A DNA stretch of 64,000 nucleotides from Candidatus Deferrimicrobiaceae bacterium. GTDB taxonomy: Bacteria; Desulfobacterota; Deferrimicrobia; Deferrimicrobiales; Deferrimicrobiaceae. A program made the position numbers and the translations under genes. The stretch is taken from NCBI GenBank assembly GCA_963792415.1, contig CAWBVY010000001.1, positions 320,001-384,000 of the forward strand, read 5' to 3'. Below, one piece after another: positions 1 through 9,920 of this stretch (positions are counted from its first letter, which is position 1; each line of letters opens with the position of its first letter). The notes under the pieces are model-generated. The model saw only the letters and a program-made list of their open reading frames with translations, did no database searches and was not told the DNA's origin.

Positions 1-399
1 CGCGATGCTGGCGTCCATCGGCACCGTCTCGCCGTGGATCCGCTTCGCCTCCTCGGCCGAGAACCGGTACGTCTCGACCGACCGGGACACCTCTCCCATC
101 GAATATTTCCACGCCTTCCCCGCCTCGCGGCAGATGATCGTGGCGATCTCCTCCTGGCGCTCCTCGAGGAGGCGGGAGACGTTCGAAAGGATCTTGCACC
201 TCTTGTGGGCCGGCGTGCGCGACCAGGCCGGGAACGCCTCGTGGGCCGCGCGGATGGCGCGCTCCGTGGTTTCCCGCGACGCGACCGGCACGTTCGCGAA
301 CGTCTCGCCGGTGAACTTGTCGACGACCGGCATCGACTCCTTTTCCGACACCCACTTCCCGGCGACGTACAGCTTGTAACTCCGACCCGCAGCTTTCAT
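1..399 (-). CDS. Aldehyde dehydrogenase, N-terminal part (runs off window edge)
   Basis: Manual translation from ATG at 399: MKAAGRSYKLYVAGKWVS...AIRAAHEAFPAWSRTPAHKRCKIL...IICREAGK...AEEAKRIHGETVP, a typical ALDH N-terminus; not in the ORF track. Confidence 0.9.
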   Translation of the reverse strand, partial: MKAAGRSYKLYVAGKWVSEKESMPVVDKFTGETFANVPVASRETTERAIRAAHEAFPAWSRTPAHKRCKILSNVSRLLEERQEEIATIICREAGKAWKYSMGEVSRSVETYRFSAEEAKRIHGETVPMDASIA

Positions 400-435
400 G
401 GGGGAACTCTCCTTTTCGAAGGGGACTTCTTCCCC

Positions 436-1881
436 TTATTTCGTCTCCTTGCCCAAACCGATCACCTTCCTCGCCTGGCGCGTCTTCTCCGGCAGGTCCG
501 CCTGCCGAAGCATCACGATCCGCTGCGCCTGCGGGGAGCCGGCCCCGTGCAGCGCCTCCACCAGCGTGGACACCGACGTCATCCCCTCGATGTACCGGCA
601 CAGCTTCCGCTTGTCCTCCGTCGAGAACCCCTGCTTCCCGGCGAAATATTTCTCGAGCAGGCCGCCCACCTCGCTGCTCCGGAAGTCGGCGTCGGACGGC
701 AGGGTCGACAGGAGCCCCCCCGCGATGTCGTGCGTCAGCCGCCCCACCTGGTACACGAAGCGGGTCACGTTCTGCTTCACCGTGTTCGCCAGGAGCGGGT
801 CCACCAGCCAGTTCCCGGCGGGGAGCTGTTTCCCCAGCGCGGAGGAGCCGATCGCCCCCGCGAAGTTCGTCTCCACGAGGTGGACGATCTCGGTGAGCTT
901 GTCCCGCACGATGCTGTTCTTGATCGTCCCGTGGATCTCGGCCAGCAGGGCGGTCGCGCCGAGGAGAACGTCGGCGTTCCCCCCCTTGCAGCCGCCGTAG
1001 TTCGCCCGGTGCCACGCCGAGAAACGGTCGACGAGCGATCCCGCGAACTCCCCCTCCCCGTCCATGAAGACCCGTTCGTTCGGGACGAAGACGTTCTCGA
1101 AGATCAGCGTGCTCTCGCCGCCGACCACCCCCCACTCCGTGCCGCAGTCGATCGTTCCGGCCTCCTCCTTCCGCTCGTCGTTGCTCTGCCGGCCGAAGAC
1201 GAGCGAAAGCCCCGGCGCGTCGATCGGGACCGCGCAGGCGACCGCGTAGTCGGCCCCCTCCGGCGGAAGCCCGAGCGTGGGCATCACGAGGATCTCGTGG
1301 GAGTTCGCCGCCCCCGTGATGTGCGTCTTGGCGCCCCGGATCACGATCCCGTCGGGCCCCCGCTCGACGATGCGGACGTACAGGTCCGGGTCGGCCTGCT
1401 GCCAGGGGGCGAGGGACCGGTCCCCCTTCGCGTCGGTCATCGCCCCGGCCGACATGAGGTCCTCCTGCTGCAGCCGGGCGAGGAACTCCCGGAACCGCGG
1501 GTGGTACCCCGTCCCCTTCGCCTTGTCGACGTCGTACGTCACGGACCAGAGGGCGTTGATCGCGTCGAGCCCCACGCACCGCTGGAAGCAGGTCCCCGTC
1601 TCCCGCCCGATGAACCGGAGCATGGCGATCTTCCGGATCAGGTCCTCCACGCTCCAGAACAGGTGCGTGAACCGGGAGATCTTCGCCCCGTCCAGGTTCG
1701 ACGTCGCCGTCATGACCTCGTCGTACTGTCCCCCCGCCGCCAGGTCGTACGTCGCCGCCGCGGTCCGGACGTGGGGCGCGAGCGCGGGATGGTCGTACGG
1801 GTTGTCCAGCCGCACCCCGCGGTAGAAGATCCTCGGCTTCAGCATTTTCAGGCTTTTCACGTACTGCGCGCCGTTCATCAT
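436..1881 (-). CDS. abfD: 4-hydroxybutyryl-CoA dehydratase (AbfD/HpaB superfamily)
   Basis: Likely start MMNGAQY at 1881; TGTCFQRC and HRANYGGCK motifs (Fe-S ligands), GAMTDAKGDRS, HGAGSPQAQR. Confidence 0.85.
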   Translation of the reverse strand: MMNGAQYVKSLKMLKPRIFYRGVRLDNPYDHPALAPHVRTAAATYDLAAGGQYDEVMTATSNLDGAKISRFTHLFWSVEDLIRKIAMLRFIGRETGTCFQRCVGLDAINALWSVTYDVDKAKGTGYHPRFREFLARLQQEDLMSAGAMTDAKGDRSLAPWQQADPDLYVRIVERGPDGIVIRGAKTHITGAANSHEILVMPTLGLPPEGADYAVACAVPIDAPGLSLVFGRQSNDERKEEAGTIDCGTEWGVVGGESTLIFENVFVPNERVFMDGEGEFAGSLVDRFSAWHRANYGGCKGGNADVLLGATALLAEIHGTIKNSIVRDKLTEIVHLVETNFAGAIGSSALGKQLPAGNWLVDPLLANTVKQNVTRFVYQVGRLTHDIAGGLLSTLPSDADFRSSEVGGLLEKYFAGKQGFSTEDKRKLCRYIEGMTSVSTLVEALHGAGSPQAQRIVMLRQADLPEKTRQARKVIGLGKETK

Positions 1882-3434
1882 CGGGCTTCCTCCTGCGAGC
1901 GGCTCTCCCACTCTCTCCGTAATTCCTTCTTCAATATTTTCCCCCCGGGGTTCCGGGGGATCGCATCCGCGATCCCCACCTGGACCGGGACCTTGTAGTC
2001 CGCGAGGCGGGCGCGGCAGAACGCCTGGACCATCGAAGGGTCGATCGTGGCGCCGGGCAGCGGGACCAGGCGGGCCGCCGGGACCTCCCCGAACACGGGG
2101 TGGGGGATCCCGAACACCGCCGCCTCCGCGACCCCGGGGCACATGTAGAGGACGTTCTCCACCTCGAGGCTGTAGATCTTCTCCCCGCCCCGGTTGATCA
2201 TGTCCTTGGCCCGGTCGAGGATGTACACGAATCCGTCCCCGTCGATCCGGGCGACGTCCCCGGTCTTCAGCCACCCGTCGCGGATCGCCTCCCGCGTCTT
2301 TTCCGGCGCGCCGAAGTACCCCCGCACGATGTGCGGTCCCCGGAGGTACAGTTCGCCGGGCTCCCCGGGCGGAAGCGTCGCTCCGTCGGCGCCGCGCACC
2401 TCGGCCTCCGTCCCCGGGACGGCGAGCCCCACCGACTCGGACCGGGTGAGCGCGAACTCCGACGGGAGGACGGTCCCCAGCGACGAGCACTCCGTCAGCC
2501 CGTAGCAGTTGTGGAGCCGGGCGGGCATCGCCCGGTTCAGCGCCTCGATCGTCTCCGGCGCCATCGGCGCGCCGCCGTACGCCGCGATCCTCACCGACGA
2601 GAGATCGAAGCCGCCGAGGTCGCTCCGGAGCGTGAACAGCTTGTAGATCGCGGGGACGAAAAAGAGCGCCGTGACGCGGTTCCGGGCGATCCGCTCGAGA
2701 ACCTGCCCCGTGTCGTACTCCTTCTGCAGCGCCACCGTCGCGCCGCACGCCAGGAGGGCCACCAGCTGGGAGTGAAGCCCCGTGACGTGAAACAGGGGCA
2801 GCGCGATGAGACCCACGTCGTCCTCGCGGTACCCCAGCGTGGCGCGGCAGGAGTCGACGTTGAACAGGGTGTTCCGGTGGGAGATCATCGCCCCCTTGGG
2901 GAAGCCCGTCGTCCCCGACGTGTACAGGAGCACGGCCACGTCGTCGGGAGCCGCCGGCGCCGGCGCGGGGACCGGGTCCGGAGAGAGGGCGTCGCCGAAC
3001 GGGTGGGAACCTTCCCCCCCGCCGTCCACGAGGAGCCAGGTCCCCACCCCCCGGACACCTTCCTGCCCGGCGACCTTTCCGAACTGCTCCGAGGTCGTCA
3101 CGACGACGGAGGCGGCGCAATCCGACAGGATGTAGGCGATTTCGGGAGGGGAAAGCCGGTAGTTCACCGGCACCGCCACGCACCCGGCCGCGATCGCCCC
3201 GAAATACGCGACGACGAACTCCGGGACGTTCCGGAGGAGGAGGGCGACGCGTTCCCCGGGGGCGACGGGGCGGGACCGGAGGAAGGCGGCGAACCTGCGG
3301 CAACGGTCGTCCAGCGCGGCGTACGACAACGGATCCCCCGCGTCGGAGAGGACGGCCGTCTTCTCCCCCCGCAGCCGCGCCTGGAGAACCGGAATGTCGG
3401 CGATCGCGGCGAACGGCGGCTCCCGGGTCACCAT
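1878..3434 (-). CDS. Acyl-CoA synthetase (AMP-forming)
   Basis: LLYTSGTTGFPKG, YGLTE, GWLKTGD, NPGGKILK motifs; start MVTREP overlaps SDR stop. Confidence 0.9.
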   Translation of the reverse strand: MVTREPPFAAIADIPVLQARLRGEKTAVLSDAGDPLSYAALDDRCRRFAAFLRSRPVAPGERVALLLRNVPEFVVAYFGAIAAGCVAVPVNYRLSPPEIAYILSDCAASVVVTTSEQFGKVAGQEGVRGVGTWLLVDGGGEGSHPFGDALSPDPVPAPAPAAPDDVAVLLYTSGTTGFPKGAMISHRNTLFNVDSCRATLGYREDDVGLIALPLFHVTGLHSQLVALLACGATVALQKEYDTGQVLERIARNRVTALFFVPAIYKLFTLRSDLGGFDLSSVRIAAYGGAPMAPETIEALNRAMPARLHNCYGLTECSSLGTVLPSEFALTRSESVGLAVPGTEAEVRGADGATLPPGEPGELYLRGPHIVRGYFGAPEKTREAIRDGWLKTGDVARIDGDGFVYILDRAKDMINRGGEKIYSLEVENVLYMCPGVAEAAVFGIPHPVFGEVPAARLVPLPGATIDPSMVQAFCRARLADYKVPVQVGIADAIPRNPGGKILKKELRREWESRSQEEAR

Positions 3435-4192
3435 ATCGTCCACCCGCCGTCGACGTAGATCGTCTGCCCCGTGATGAAATCCGACGCCTTCGAGGCGAGG
3501 AAGATCACCGTCCCCTCGAGCTCCTCCGGCTGCCCCCAGCGGCCCATCGGCGTCCGCTCGTTGATGAACCGGAACCGCTCCGGGTCGTCCCGCAGCGTCG
3601 CCACCAGGGGGGTCTCGAAGTACGTCGGCCCGATGGCGTTCACCTGGACGTTGTGCGGCGCCCACTCGATCGCCATCACCTTCGTCATCTGGTTGATGCC
3701 GCCCTTGCTGCAGGCGTACGCCAGCTGGTTGTTCATCCCCACGGCGCCGAAGATCGAGGAGATGTGGATGACCTTCCCCCGCTGCCGCCGGATCATGTGC
3801 GGGGCGACGGCCTGCGCGACGAGAAAGTACCCCTTCAGGTTCGTGTCGAGGACGCGGTCCCACTCCCCCTCCGACAGGTCGAGGGTCGTCTTGCGGACGT
3901 TCACCCCGGCGTTGTTCACCAGGATGTCGATCCCGCCGAACGCGCCGGCGACCGCCTCGACGGCCTCCGCCACGCTCTCCCGGCGCAGGACGTCCATCGC
4001 GAACGTCTCCGCACGGACCCCCAGCGCCTCCGCCGCCGCGCGGGTCTCCCGAAGCCCCGCCGCGTCCCGGGCGCACAGCGCCAGGCCGCACCCCGCCTTC
4101 GCCAGCCCCAGCGCCATCGCGCGCCCGAGCCCCTTCGACGCGCCGGTGACCAGCGCCGCCTTCCCGGTCAGGTCGAACAGGTCCGTGCCCAC
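3428..4192 (-). CDS. Short-chain dehydrogenase/reductase
   Basis: TGASKGLG, NNAG, YACSK catalytic motif. Confidence 0.9.
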   Translation of the reverse strand: MGTDLFDLTGKAALVTGASKGLGRAMALGLAKAGCGLALCARDAAGLRETRAAAEALGVRAETFAMDVLRRESVAEAVEAVAGAFGGIDILVNNAGVNVRKTTLDLSEGEWDRVLDTNLKGYFLVAQAVAPHMIRRQRGKVIHISSIFGAVGMNNQLAYACSKGGINQMTKVMAIEWAPHNVQVNAIGPTYFETPLVATLRDDPERFRFINERTPMGRWGQPEELEGTVIFLASKASDFITGQTIYVDGGWTIW

Positions 4193-4202
4193 GTTGCGCG
4201 CC

Positions 4203-4904
4203 TCACACCACCAGGTATTTCCGGATGACCTCTTCGTTCCCCCAGATCTCCTCCATCCCCCCGCCGAACCGGACCGCCCCCTTCTCGAGGATGTACCCGC
4301 GGCCGCACACCTTCCGGCAGAACTTCAGGTTCTGGTCGGCGAGCAGGATCGTCACCCCCTGCCCGTGGATCCGGCCGAGCACCTCCACCAGGTTCGCCAC
4401 CACCAGCGGCGCGAGCCCCTCGGACGGCTCGTCGAGCAGGAGCACGGACGGGTTCGACATCAGCGCCCGGCCGATCCCCAGCATCTTCTTCTCCCCGCCC
4501 GACAGGTTGATCCCCTTCGCCGGGCCGAGGTCCGCGAGCTTCGGAAAGAGCTCGTACACCCGCTCCCGGTTCCAGTATCCGTCCCGCCGGGAGAGCCTGC
4601 GCGCGATCTCCAGGTTCTCCTCCGTCGTGAGATCGGGAAAGATCCGCAGGTCGTCGGGCACGTACGCCACCCCGAGGCGGGCGACCTCGTACGGCGGGAG
4701 GCCGGCGATCTCCTTCCCGCGCAGCCGGATCGACCCCCGCTTCGGCGGCGAGAGCCCCATGATCGAACGCAGGGTGGTGGTCTTGCCGACGCCGTTCCTC
4801 CCCAGCAGGGCGACCACCTCCCCTTCCCCCACGGAGAGCGAAACCTCCTGGAGGATGTGGCTCGTCCCGTAGAACGTGTCGACGTTCGACGCTTCGAGGA
4901 TCAT
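4203..4904 (-). CDS. Branched-chain-type ABC transporter ATPase (LivF-like)
   Basis: GRNGVGKTT, LSGGE, LLDEPSEGLAP. Confidence 0.9.
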   Translation of the reverse strand: MILEASNVDTFYGTSHILQEVSLSVGEGEVVALLGRNGVGKTTTLRSIMGLSPPKRGSIRLRGKEIAGLPPYEVARLGVAYVPDDLRIFPDLTTEENLEIARRLSRRDGYWNRERVYELFPKLADLGPAKGINLSGGEKKMLGIGRALMSNPSVLLLDEPSEGLAPLVVANLVEVLGRIHGQGVTILLADQNLKFCRKVCGRGYILEKGAVRFGGGMEEIWGNEEVIRKYLVV

Positions 4905-4908
4905 CGCC

Positions 4909-5691
4909 TCACTCCTCGTTGATCCGGAAGAGCTCGGACACGTCGTCCCCCAGGTACACCTCGCGCACCTTCGCGTCGGCCCGCACCTCCGCGGGGGTGC
5001 CGTCGCAGAGGATCTCCCCGCGGTGGAGGACGATGATCCGCTCGGAGAGGGAGAACACCACGTCCATGTCGTGCTCCACCACCACGAAGGTGGTGCGCCC
5101 CTCGCCGGCGAGCTCGCGGATGTTCTCGAGGAGGCGGACCCGCTCCACGGGGTTCATCCCCGCCGTGGGCTCGTCGAGGAAGAGCAGCGTCGGGGCGGCG
5201 GCGAGCGCGACGCCGACTTCGAGGAGGCGCAAGTCCCCGTGGGACAGCGCGGTGGCGGGGGTGTCCCGCTCCGGAAGCAGGCCGACCTTCTCGAGCATCG
5301 CTTCCGTCTCCCGCAGGACCGCGGTCTCCCGCGAGAGGCTCCGGACCGGGTTCCACGCCCTTCCCTTGCGCGCCAGCACCGGGATCATCACGTTCTGCAA
5401 GACGGTGAGCTCCGGGAAGACGTTGACGACCTGGAACGACCGGCAGATCCCCAGGCGGACCCGCTCGTGGATGGGGAGGCGGGTGATCTCCCGCCCCTGG
5501 AAGCGGATCTTCCCGGCCTGCACCGGGAGGTGCCCCGTGAGGAGGTTGATCAGCGTCGACTTCCCCGCCCCGTTCGGCCCGATGATGGAGGTGAGGACGC
5601 CCGGCTCGAACCGGAGGTCGAGATCGAGCGCGGTGCAGACCATCCCGAAGTGGTTCGACAGCTTCTCCGTCGTGAGGAGGGGCTCGCCCAT
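4909..5691 (-). CDS. Branched-chain-type ABC transporter ATPase (LivG-like)
   Basis: GPNGAGKST, LSHGD, LDEPTAG, EHDMDVVF. Confidence 0.9.
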   Translation of the reverse strand: MGEPLLTTEKLSNHFGMVCTALDLDLRFEPGVLTSIIGPNGAGKSTLINLLTGHLPVQAGKIRFQGREITRLPIHERVRLGICRSFQVVNVFPELTVLQNVMIPVLARKGRAWNPVRSLSRETAVLRETEAMLEKVGLLPERDTPATALSHGDLRLLEVGVALAAAPTLLFLDEPTAGMNPVERVRLLENIRELAGEGRTTFVVVEHDMDVVFSLSERIIVLHRGEILCDGTPAEVRADAKVREVYLGDDVSELFRINEE

Positions 5692-5695
5692 CGCG

Positions 5696-6664
5696 CTATC
5701 CCTTCCCCGGGGCGGCGGCCTTCCGGAACAGGGCCGACACGGTCCCGACGACCCCGCCGCGGAACCCCAGGATGATCACCAGGAGGACGATCCCGAACCA
5801 GAGCATCCAGTTCTCGGTGAACCGCTGGATGATCTCCCGCATCGCGACGAAGATCGCGCTCCCGACCAGGGGGCCCGCGAGCGACGACAGCCCGCCGAGC
5901 AGGCTGACCAGGACCGGCTCCGCGGAGTGGGTCCAGTGGGCCATGAAGGGGCGCGCGTTGCTCTCCAGGAGCGCCTCCAGCGCGCCGGCGAGGCCCGCGA
6001 ACGCCCCGCTCAGCGCGAAGACGGCCAGGCGGTAGCGCCGCACCGGGACGCCGGCGAATTCGCTGCGCCGGGCGTTCTCCCGGATCCCCGCCAGCGCCAG
6101 CCCGAAGGGGGATTGCCGGACCCGGTGGGCGGCCCACAGGCTCAGCGCGAAGAAGAAGAGCACGAAGAAGTAGAATTGCCGGTCCTTTCCGATCGGGATG
6201 GCGATCCCGCCGAAGAGCGACACGGGGGCCCGCAGGATGCCGATCAGCCCGTCGTCCCCGCCGGTGATCTCCCGGGCGTTCCAGAAGAAGGAGAAGGCCA
6301 TCATCCCGCACGCCAGGGTCAGCATCGCGAAGTAGATCTCCGTGTGGCGGACGCAGAGGTAGCCGACCAGGAGCGCGAGGAGGACCGCCGCGGCGATCCC
6401 CGCCGCCACCCCGAGAAGGGGGTGGGTCGAGACGTGGACCCCGAAAAGCCCCAGCCCGTAGGCGCCGGCGGCGTAGAACGCGCCGTGCCCGAAGGAGAGG
6501 AGCCCCGTCTGCCCGAGGAGGAGGTTGTACCCGACGGCGAAGATCCCCAGGAGCATGATCCGCATCGCGAGGTAGATCGTGAACTTTCCGGCGAGGAACG
6601 GCACCGCGCACAGTGCCAGGAGAACGGCCGCCGCGGCGACGGCGTTGCGCGTCTGCGCCTTCAT
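5696..6664 (-). CDS. ABC transporter permease (LivM-like)
   Basis: GLLSFGHGAF, YFAMLTLA, TGGDDG; hydrophobic. Confidence 0.9.
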   Translation of the reverse strand: MKAQTRNAVAAAAVLLALCAVPFLAGKFTIYLAMRIMLLGIFAVGYNLLLGQTGLLSFGHGAFYAAGAYGLGLFGVHVSTHPLLGVAAGIAAAVLLALLVGYLCVRHTEIYFAMLTLACGMMAFSFFWNAREITGGDDGLIGILRAPVSLFGGIAIPIGKDRQFYFFVLFFFALSLWAAHRVRQSPFGLALAGIRENARRSEFAGVPVRRYRLAVFALSGAFAGLAGALEALLESNARPFMAHWTHSAEPVLVSLLGGLSSLAGPLVGSAIFVAMREIIQRFTENWMLWFGIVLLVIILGFRGGVVGTVSALFRKAAAPGKG

Positions 6665-6671
6665 CGGCCGC

Positions 6672-7538
6672 TCACCGCGTCGCCCCGAAGAGTCCCTGCG
6701 GCCGCCACAGCAGGACCACCGCCATCAGGATGAAGGTGAGGGCCATGTCGAACGCGGGGAAGAACCGGGTCCCGAAGGCGGAGAGGACGCCGATCACCAG
6801 GGCCCCGACGAACGCCCCCTTCAGGCTCCCCAGCCCGCCGATCACGGCGACGATGAACGCCTCGATGATGATCGTGTCCCCCATGCCGGGGGTCAGCAGC
6901 CCCACGTAGGGGACCGCCAGCCCGCCGCCCAGGGCGCCGAGCCAGGTGCCGAAGACGAAGACGCCGGTGAAGAGGGCCGGGACCCGGACGCCCAGGCTGG
7001 CCGCCATTTCGCGGTCCGAGGAGGACGCCCGGATGATCCGCCCGTACCACGTCTTCTCCAGCAGGGCCCACAGGAGGAGCGCCACCGCGGGCCCCACGGC
7101 GATGATGAACAGGTTGTAGACCGGGAATTTCCGCCCCAGGATCGGGACCGACCCGCCGAGGAAGGAAAGGGAGGGGGGCGAGAGCGCCCCCCCTCCCCAG
7201 ACGATCTTCACGAGGTTGTCGAAGATCAGGACGAACGCGAACGTGAGCAGCAGCTGGTACGGCAGCGCGATCCGGTAGACGTGGCGCAGGAAGAACCGCT
7301 CCACCACGAACCCGACCGCGCAGACCGCCAGGGGGCCCAGGAGGAGCCCCGCCCAGTATCCGGCCCCGAGGTACCTGAGGACGGTGAAGGAGCAGTACGC
7401 CCCCAGCATGTAGAAGCTGCCGTGGGCGAAGTTCAGCACCCCGAGGACGCCGAAGATCAGCGTCAGCCCGCTGGCCACGAGCCAGATGAACATCCCGCTG
7501 GAAAGTCCGGCGAGGATCACGTGAACGTACGACTGCAT
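6672..7538 (-). CDS. ABC transporter permease (LivH-like)
   Basis: GLTLIFGVLGVLNFAHG, VIGGLGS, WRPQGLFG. Confidence 0.9.
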   Translation of the reverse strand: MQSYVHVILAGLSSGMFIWLVASGLTLIFGVLGVLNFAHGSFYMLGAYCSFTVLRYLGAGYWAGLLLGPLAVCAVGFVVERFFLRHVYRIALPYQLLLTFAFVLIFDNLVKIVWGGGALSPPSLSFLGGSVPILGRKFPVYNLFIIAVGPAVALLLWALLEKTWYGRIIRASSSDREMAASLGVRVPALFTGVFVFGTWLGALGGGLAVPYVGLLTPGMGDTIIIEAFIVAVIGGLGSLKGAFVGALVIGVLSAFGTRFFPAFDMALTFILMAVVLLWRPQGLFGATR

Positions 7539-7542
7539 TACA

Positions 7543-8838
7543 TCACTTGAACGGCGGAGTCGTCCCCGGCCCCTCGAACGGCGGCCGGTTGTAATAGTCC
7601 TTCGCCGGGATGACCTTCATGTTCTTCATGACCTTGAACGGGTATTTCGGGTCGGACACCGTCTGCCCCCAGGGGACGTCGTACATCGCCTGGTGGTCCT
7701 CTTTCCGGAAGACCCGCGTGCCCGCCGGGCAGACCTGCTCCATCCCCTCGAGCGCCGCGATGACCGCCTTGGTGTCCTTCGATCCCGCCTTCTCGACGGC
7801 CGCCTTGAACGCGTAGATCGCCGAGTAGCCGGTCTCGGAGACGTACGCCGGGTAATGGTTCCAGCGCTTCCGGAAGGCCGCCACCCAGTCGTTGTTCTCC
7901 TTGCTGTTCGGGTACTGGAAGAAGTACCGGGCCGAGATCCAGATGTTGTCGGGCATGTCCTTCCCGAGCCCCTCGAGGACGTCCATGGCCGCCCCGACCG
8001 GGAACATGACGTATTTCACCTTTTCGAAGAGGCCGGCTTCCTTCGCCTGCCGGACGAAGGAGATGAGCTCCCCCGCCCACTCGGTCGAATAGAGGGCGTC
8101 GGGCTTGGCGTCCATGATCGTGTTGATGTGGGAGCGGAAATCGGTGGTGCCGAAGGGGGCGAACGACTCCGCGACGAACTGGGCGGACGGCTTCAGCCCC
8201 TTCAGGGACTCCTGGAACATCTTCCAGCAGGTGAAGCCGTATTCGTACTTGGGGCTCACCGTGGCCCACTTCACGGCGGGGAAATCCTTCGCGATGAAGG
8301 CCGCCGCGTGCCCGTCGTTGTACACGGGCATGCAGTTCCGGAAGATCTGCTTGATCCCCTTCTTGAACACGAACTCCTCGGTCAGCTTCTCCGTGGCGCC
8401 GTGCGTCACCATCAGGACCCGGTCGAGCTGGGCCATCACCGGGGCCAGCGCCAGCGCCTGCCCCGAGGAGTCGATGCCGGCCAGGAAGTCGGCGCCCCAG
8501 CTGTCCACGAAGTAGCGGGCGTTCTTGATCGCCTCGTCGGCCTTCGTGGTCGAGTCGCGGAAATCCATCTCGACCTTCTGCCCGGCGATCCCCCCCTTCG
8601 CGTTGATCTCCTCGACCGCCATGGTCGCGCCCATCTTGTGGAACTCGCCGTACCCCGCGAGCGTCCCGGACAGGATCGCCTGGTACCCGATCTTGATCGG
8701 CCCCTTGACGGAAGGCGTCGCGCCCCAGACCCACTTCGGGGCGAGCAGGCCGCCGGCCAGCCCCCCTGTCGCCGCGGCCAGGGAACCGGCCCCGGTGAGC
8801 TTCAGGAAATCCCGTCGGTTCATCCCTCTCTTTCCCAT
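7543..8838 (-). CDS. ABC substrate-binding protein (LivJ/Peripla_BP_6 family) with Tat signal
   Basis: NRRDFLK twin-arginine signal; IKIG...EEINAKGGIAG. Confidence 0.88.
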   Translation of the reverse strand: MGKRGMNRRDFLKLTGAGSLAAATGGLAGGLLAPKWVWGATPSVKGPIKIGYQAILSGTLAGYGEFHKMGATMAVEEINAKGGIAGQKVEMDFRDSTTKADEAIKNARYFVDSWGADFLAGIDSSGQALALAPVMAQLDRVLMVTHGATEKLTEEFVFKKGIKQIFRNCMPVYNDGHAAAFIAKDFPAVKWATVSPKYEYGFTCWKMFQESLKGLKPSAQFVAESFAPFGTTDFRSHINTIMDAKPDALYSTEWAGELISFVRQAKEAGLFEKVKYVMFPVGAAMDVLEGLGKDMPDNIWISARYFFQYPNSKENNDWVAAFRKRWNHYPAYVSETGYSAIYAFKAAVEKAGSKDTKAVIAALEGMEQVCPAGTRVFRKEDHQAMYDVPWGQTVSDPKYPFKVMKNMKVIPAKDYYNRPPFEGPGTTPPFK

Positions 8839-8866
8839 AGGTCCTCCCTCAACGCGTGATCTCGTG

Positions 8867-8902
8867 AATGCATCGACGCGTCAGGCGACGCCTCGACGCA
8901 TT
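8867..8902 (-). other. Intergenic hairpin (16-bp imperfect stem)
   Basis: aatgcatcgacgcgtc-aggc-gacgcctcgacgcatt between E1 beta and the binding-protein gene. Confidence 0.4.
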
Positions 8903-8941
8903 GACGGCGGTGGTGAACGGTCATCATACCCCGGCGATTCC

Positions 8942-9916
8942 TCAGAAATCCATCGACGCGCGGATCGCCCGCAGCGTCCTGTCCGGGTCCGGCAGGTACG
9001 ACGTTTCGAGGGCGTAGGGGAACGGGGTGTCGTACCCCGTCACGCGCGCGACGGGCGCCTTCAGGTGCAGGAAGCACCGCTCCTGGACGAGCGCGGAAAC
9101 TTCCGCGCCGAAGCCGCACGTCCGGGGCGCCTCGTGGAGGACGACGGCCCGGCCCGTCCGCCTGACCGACGCCTCGATCATCGCGATGTCCAGCGGCCAC
9201 AGGGTGCGCGGGTCGATGACCTCGACGTCGACCCCTTCGGACGCAGCGGCAGCGGCCGCCTTTTCGGCGACCGGCACCATCGCCCCCCACGCGATGAGCG
9301 TCACGTCGGCCCCGGGCCGGACGATCCGCCCCACGCCAAGCGGAACGAGGTGCTCCCCCTCCGGCACCTCCCCCTTCACGGTCCGGTAGAGCGCCTTCGG
9401 CTCGAGGAAGATCACCGGGTCCTCCCCGCGGATCGCCGAGGAGAGGAGCCCCTTCGCGTCGGCCGGCGTCGACGGCATCGCGACGACCAGCCCCGCGGTG
9501 TGGATGTAGTACGCCTCCGGGCTCTGGGAGTGGTAGTGCCCTCCCCGGATCCCGCCGCCCGAGGGGGCGCGCAGCACGACCGCCGCCGTGAACTGCCCCG
9601 CGGAGCGGTACCGCATCTTCGACATCTCCGAGACGATCTGGTCGAACGCCGTGTGGATGAAATCGGAGAACTCGATCTCGGCGACCGGGCGCAGGCCGCT
9701 CATCGCCATCCCGATCGCCATCCCGACGATCCCGACCTCGTTCAGCGGCGTGTCGATCACCCGCTCCGGACCGAATCGCCGGAGCAATCCTTCCGTCGTC
9801 CGGAAGACCCCCCCCGCGCGGCCGATGTCCTCCCCGAGGAGGCAGACCGACGGGTCCCGCGCCATCTCGGTCGCGAGCGCGTCGTTGATCGCCTTGATCA
9901 GCGTCATCTCGGCCAT
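8942..9916 (-). CDS. 2-oxoacid dehydrogenase E1 beta subunit
   Basis: GEDIGRAGGVFR, DTPLNE, GGHYHSQSPE, RVTGYDTPFP. Confidence 0.92.
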   Translation of the reverse strand: MAEMTLIKAINDALATEMARDPSVCLLGEDIGRAGGVFRTTEGLLRRFGPERVIDTPLNEVGIVGMAIGMAMSGLRPVAEIEFSDFIHTAFDQIVSEMSKMRYRSAGQFTAAVVLRAPSGGGIRGGHYHSQSPEAYYIHTAGLVVAMPSTPADAKGLLSSAIRGEDPVIFLEPKALYRTVKGEVPEGEHLVPLGVGRIVRPGADVTLIAWGAMVPVAEKAAAAAASEGVDVEVIDPRTLWPLDIAMIEASVRRTGRAVVLHEAPRTCGFGAEVSALVQERCFLHLKAPVARVTGYDTPFPYALETSYLPDPDRTLRAIRASMDF

Positions 9917-9920
9917 CGCC

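Noticed and set aside
436-3303. 955-aa fusion protein from the ORF track
   Set aside because: N-terminal half is an off-frame read of the ligase gene; the recognisable protein starts at 1881
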